Shown one piece after another: positions 59,801-64,000 of a stretch of 64,000 nt of DNA. Position 1 is the first letter of the stretch. Every line of letters begins with the position of its first letter. Both the position numbers and the translations under genes were made by a program. Origin of the DNA: Podarcis filfolensis (taxonomy: Eukaryota); assembly GCA_964270895.1 (NCBI GenBank), contig OZ185448.1, one strand, 5' to 3'. The notes beneath the pieces were generated by a model, which searched no databases, had not been told where the DNA came from, and saw nothing but the letters and a program-made list of their open reading frames with translations.

Positions 59801-62269
59801 TGTGTCTATAATTCTTTGCTAAACCTGTAGGTCCCACATTTCAAAACATTTTTGTTCCACTAGAGACCTGCCTCAAATCTGAAGCTAAAGATTTCACAAG
59901 CTGAGTTCAAATCAGTTATGTGTAACTCGACCTTTTTGATCCCACTGCCTTTACTCACAGTCTCCTGGGCACCAAAGCTGTCTTGCCTGTTCAGATCAAG
60001 CTACTCACTCGCAGATCATTAGTATTGCTATCTATTTGCTCATTCAAAGCATTTAACACCCTGCTCTTCAGCCAGAAAAAGCTCTCAGGGGGACTTACAG
60101 ATCAATAGAGCACAACACAGTCCTAGCCCTCAGGTTTAACAACCTATAAAGACATGACACAAAAGGAAAAATGAATGAGGAGGGGAAAGGAAAGGAACTC
60201 AGGTACCAAGTTCTTGTTGTTAAGATTCATACAATAAACAGCTTTGAAGCTCACTTTTTTTTTTAATGGAATGCTTATAGTTAAATTGGGGGGGGGGTGA
60301 AACAGGCCTCAGAGGCCTCTGAGAAATATCCAGGTGACCCAACCTTTTTGGAAATGGCGATAATGCAGGAACAAGTTATTGACCTTACAGGGTGGGGCCT
60401 CGGCCTTCCAGGGCGAACCTGGAATGTGCTGGCTTTTTGTCCCTCGCCATGCCAGGTAAGCCGATGGCAGCTCAGTTGATACCACTATCTCCAGAGCAAA
60501 ATGGTTCTCCTCAGAGAGCTGTTGGCTTCCATTTCTTGACTATGAGTGCTTTCTTGGAGAGATTCTGCAGTCATGTTATGTACGTTCCACTTCTTACTAC
60601 TATTAAAGCTATAAATGTAATTTTATTCAAAGACAGCTGGAAAAAAACACCTCTTGGTTTTGACTGAGAGGGTTTCCACACCAACAACCAAAGCTGCTGG
60701 CCTTGAAATGTTACCTAGGCCAGGAACAGCACTTTAGATGGCTTACTGTCAACACAAGAGGAAATTTTGAGCTGACATAACAGTGCTGTTAATTAAAGCT
60801 AAGCGGCTAATCGAGATCTTTAGCAGGAATGTAAATAGTGCCCTGAAAGATCAGAACAGAGATCTATCCAAGCCTTCCCTAATCTAGGAACATAAGAAGA
60901 GCCGGGTGGACCAGATCGATGGCCCATCTAGTCCAGAATCCTGCTCTCACAGTGGCCAACAAGATGCCCCAGTGGGAAACCCACAAACAAGATTCAAGCA
61001 CAAGAGCAACTCTGCCTCCCTCCTGTGCTTCAACCTCACACCCTCCAGATATTTTAAACTACAGCTGCCATCAGCCCCAGCATCCTACAGCTGTGCTGAA
61101 CGAGGCTGCAGTCCCAAACATCTGGGGAGCACCAGGCTGGCGAAGCCTGCCCTGCCATGTCTCCATTTTAACCGTCTTTCCCCCCACTACCCGCCCAAAA
61201 AGCCCTTGCTTACAGGAACAGCACTCCAATCCACTGATTATTCTGTCTGCAGGACCCTGACGGATTCTGCTCTCCATCACTGCAGGCTTTTCCAGAGTGG
61301 CAGATCTGTCTCCATTATGACGCACTTGGCTTCTGAAGGTGCTTTTAATCACAGTCTATCAAGAAGGCTTCATAGCTATTAACCTGGCATGATAATCCTG
61401 ATATATTGCTCTGAATTACAGCTGAAGCATTTGGGAACCTGTCCACAGATCCCAGCCTTTGTTCAGAACAGTCAGCCAGGGAGGTTGTTTTTTGCCAGAG
61501 GTTTTTTTAAAAAAGGCAAGTTATCTTGACCACTGTGTGTGTAAAAGGCTAAAAGGCAGCTCCCTGACATGTTGAAAAAAGGGTTTGCATGGCTACCCTA
61601 GCGGTATGAAAGAAGGGGATAATTTCTCAAGGGTTCCAATGTAGCAGTGTGTTCCTTAGATAATTTATGTTGCCACCCTTTGCAAAAGAGCAATTTGCAA
61701 ACAGGCAAACAGATTTTTTTTTTAATCATACAATAACACAATCCATAAAATAATCTTTAAAAACTGGATAAATGTTACGATTTATCTATACATACTGCTT
61801 TGGGGCCCCAAAACATCCACTCTAAAGCAGTTAACGGGATTCTAATTACAACCAACCAATCAAAAGAATATGAAGTAGCAAAATCTCCCACCAATCACAC
61901 TGAATATGTGTTTGTGAGCTGGATTCATGCTCTAACCACAGATGCAGCTCCCTGCCATTCCTCTTCACTCTTGGGAGCCAGGTGAACCCACACGCATGCA
62001 CCTGCCAGCTGCTCCAATCTCTCACCAAGGAGCAAGCCCACCCACAACCCAAGGGAGTCTCCTTGCCCTCATCACACCCCCTTGGGGCCACCCACCGATG
62101 CTGGCACACTAGCGCTGACCCAGCATCGATGGCAGCCAAAGTGCCCATGCAGTATCCTCTGCAAAACTGCAAGAGATTGCCTTTTTCTGAATCCTGAGAA
62201 GATTGCCCAGCCACCTTGGGTGATCCCTAAGCAGAAGGAAATCTGTCATTTTCAGCTTCTCATTTCTCC

Positions 62270-62590
62270 AGTCTTAAATTCAGTTCGCCAAATCTGTTTG
62301 CATTGTTGAAAACCCTCCTTAGAATTCATCAGCATTTTAGTGCAAATTCCTCCCAATATACACATTTTGTATGCAATTTTGCCTAAAGTACACTTGTTTA
62401 CAAAGCAATTTTCCCCTTTTGCATGTTATTTTTTACCAATATAAGCATTTTTATGGACATTTTACCTTAGCATGTGCATTTTTGTACACATTACAACTGC
62501 ACTGCAAAAGTCAGGAAAGCACGTATTTCCAAGGAGGCTGTGCTTTGGTTCTTGCATTGTTTTGCAAAGTGTGAATTCGGCAGGTTCGCT
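62270..62590. repeat. Unclassified AT-rich interspersed repeat
   Basis: Degenerate GCATTTT/TGCACATTT sub-repeats. Similar sequence at about 3040-3235, 30400-30620, 45480-45630 and 55790-55995. Confidence 0.5.
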
Positions 62591-64000
62591 TTTAATTGTC
62601 AGTTGGGTCGACTTTCTCCCCCTTCCCTAGCGATCTCCCATCCCTAGAGATCATCACAGACATGTTAATGGAACTCTTTCCCCACCACCCATCATCACCA
62701 AATCGCTTGGGCCGTTGGCATAAACACAGCTCTACTTCCAGGAAACATCACCAGCAGGCCCTTTCCCCGAAAGAGAACAGAGCTGTGAGCAGCTTGGTTC
62801 CGAGAAAGCAAAAGGAGGCCCTAAAGGACACCAAAGATGGGGTGGAGGAGATCGTGCAACAAGTCTGTTGATGTTCTTTCCCCTGCAAAAAGGTATCCAG
62901 GGACAACAGCAGCCATGAGCTTTTAACAGAATCATTGCATCTAATCTCTAAGAAGAGAGGAACTGGGACCTGAGGCTTCTAGTTTGTGGACTTTATAAGT
63001 TGATGGTTATTTGGTGGTAAGGGGAAGGAGATAAAGTCCTGCTCAGAGGCACCGCCTCCATTACTAGTTCACATGCCTCTGAAAAGCCTAGGCCCTGGCT
63101 CAAAATAATTCCTCTCGCCAACCCCTCTCTGCACCAAGTTGAACATCTTGCTTTCCTGGGGACCAAACACACTGGCCTATCTCAAATTCGAGAGAAGTGC
63201 TTGTTTTCTAAAAACAAAAGGTGAGGGGGCTGAAGCCGGACATCATCTTCCCTGACCTCAAAGCCTTCTCCTACAGCCTCAGATGTTTGAGGGTTCTGCT
63301 TGAGTGTTTCCCACTGGCTTCTGGTTGGCCATGGGAGAACAGGATGTCAGGCAAGTTAGGTCCCCTCTGGCCTGATTCATCAGTCTCTTCTTATGGAATC
63401 AGAGTGCCAACACCATCATGAGTGCAAATCATCACAAATGCACACTGAGAAGTCTGAGAAGCCTGCATCAATTGTTCCAAGTGCACAACTTTGCAATCTC
63501 AACTCTCTCTCTCTTTTGCCACCCATGGCCTTGCAGGGGGCATTGCATTGTTGATGACCCTCGGGTCCCTTCCATGGTTCTGAGTTGTCAGCACCTGACT
63601 ACTGCTCATTTTGCCTCTAACTCTTCCAGTCCCTCAGGGAGCTTCTAAAACACCTCCTGCTCCCTTCAAACCCGTGGGAAAATCAGCTCTGGTCTACTGG
63701 GGCCTTTGGGTTTTTCCCCAGAGCTCCTTTATCAGAAATCCCAATGAAGAGCCGCTCAGAGGTCTTAAATGACCCGTTAATCCCGCATTCGCCAACCCGT
63801 TAATGGAATTAAAAGGCCCTTCAGAGAACTTTAAAGCCACCACTTAAATCTGTGGCTTGCCTGAATGCAGCTCTGTTTGTCAGGCAAATGCTTAAACAGT
63901 CAGATGTAAAAGATTAAGCTGGGATCTGCAGAATAAGGAGTACACGAGAGCTCACGCAGTCGCCTGGGTCCTGCCAACATATTCCTAATTAGTTTACAGC

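Noticed and set aside
61846-62214. Resemblance to RNF151 (GTLA, PLGCG and RELH words in order)
   Set aside because: Spacing disagrees with the TRAF-type zinc finger as I recall it, the Cys/His ligands are not aligned, and no RING exons were found. Treated as coincidence.
37447-64000. NPW gene, expected upstream of NHERF2 from mammalian synteny
   Set aside because: No WYKH...TVGRA-like peptide seen in the ORF track or in my reading; probably beyond the right edge. A tBLASTn search would settle it.
1-64000. CRISPR arrays, prokaryotic operons, rRNA genes
   Set aside because: Eukaryotic intron-rich DNA. There are no regularly spaced repeat-spacer arrays or rRNA-like sequence; the short direct repeats all lie inside MITEs.

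Overview
Vertebrate genomic DNA from a squamate reptile, probably a lacertid lizard (inferred from the Sauria-type SINEs and the CR1/L2/hAT repeat landscape). It carries the conserved TSC2-NTHL1-NHERF2 block. (i) The 5' part of TSC2 lies on the minus strand: a probable non-coding exon 1 plus coding exons 2-11 (372 codons), continuing beyond the left edge. (ii) A complete 6-exon NTHL1 (291 aa endonuclease III-like glycosylase) lies on the plus strand, head-to-head with TSC2 across a CpG-rich ETS/GC-box bidirectional promoter at about 10.6-10.8 kb. (iii) The 3' part of NHERF2/SLC9A3R2 (exons 3-7: PDZ2 and ERM-binding tail) lies on the minus strand, tail-to-tail with NTHL1. I could not find its exons 1-2, so 37.4-64 kb is probably one intron of at least 26 kb. 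Introns are dense with Sauria SINEs, tRNA-derived SINEs, CR1 and L2 fragments, hAT and mariner-type MITEs and microsatellites. Most ORFs in the supplied track are chance or repeat-derived frames. I cannot firmly support a wholly new system. The best leads are: a composite TIR element with a 6-bp TSD that carries an L2 tail; a ~550-bp cassette duplicated 22.5 kb apart with a CR1 3'-transduction-like layout; a young hAT MITE with telomere-like internal repeats; and unexplained promoter/exon-like islands in the large NHERF2 intron (52-54 kb, 60-63 kb) that may be a nested gene. Repeat boundaries without TSDs are approximate, and family names come from recall, not from a database search.
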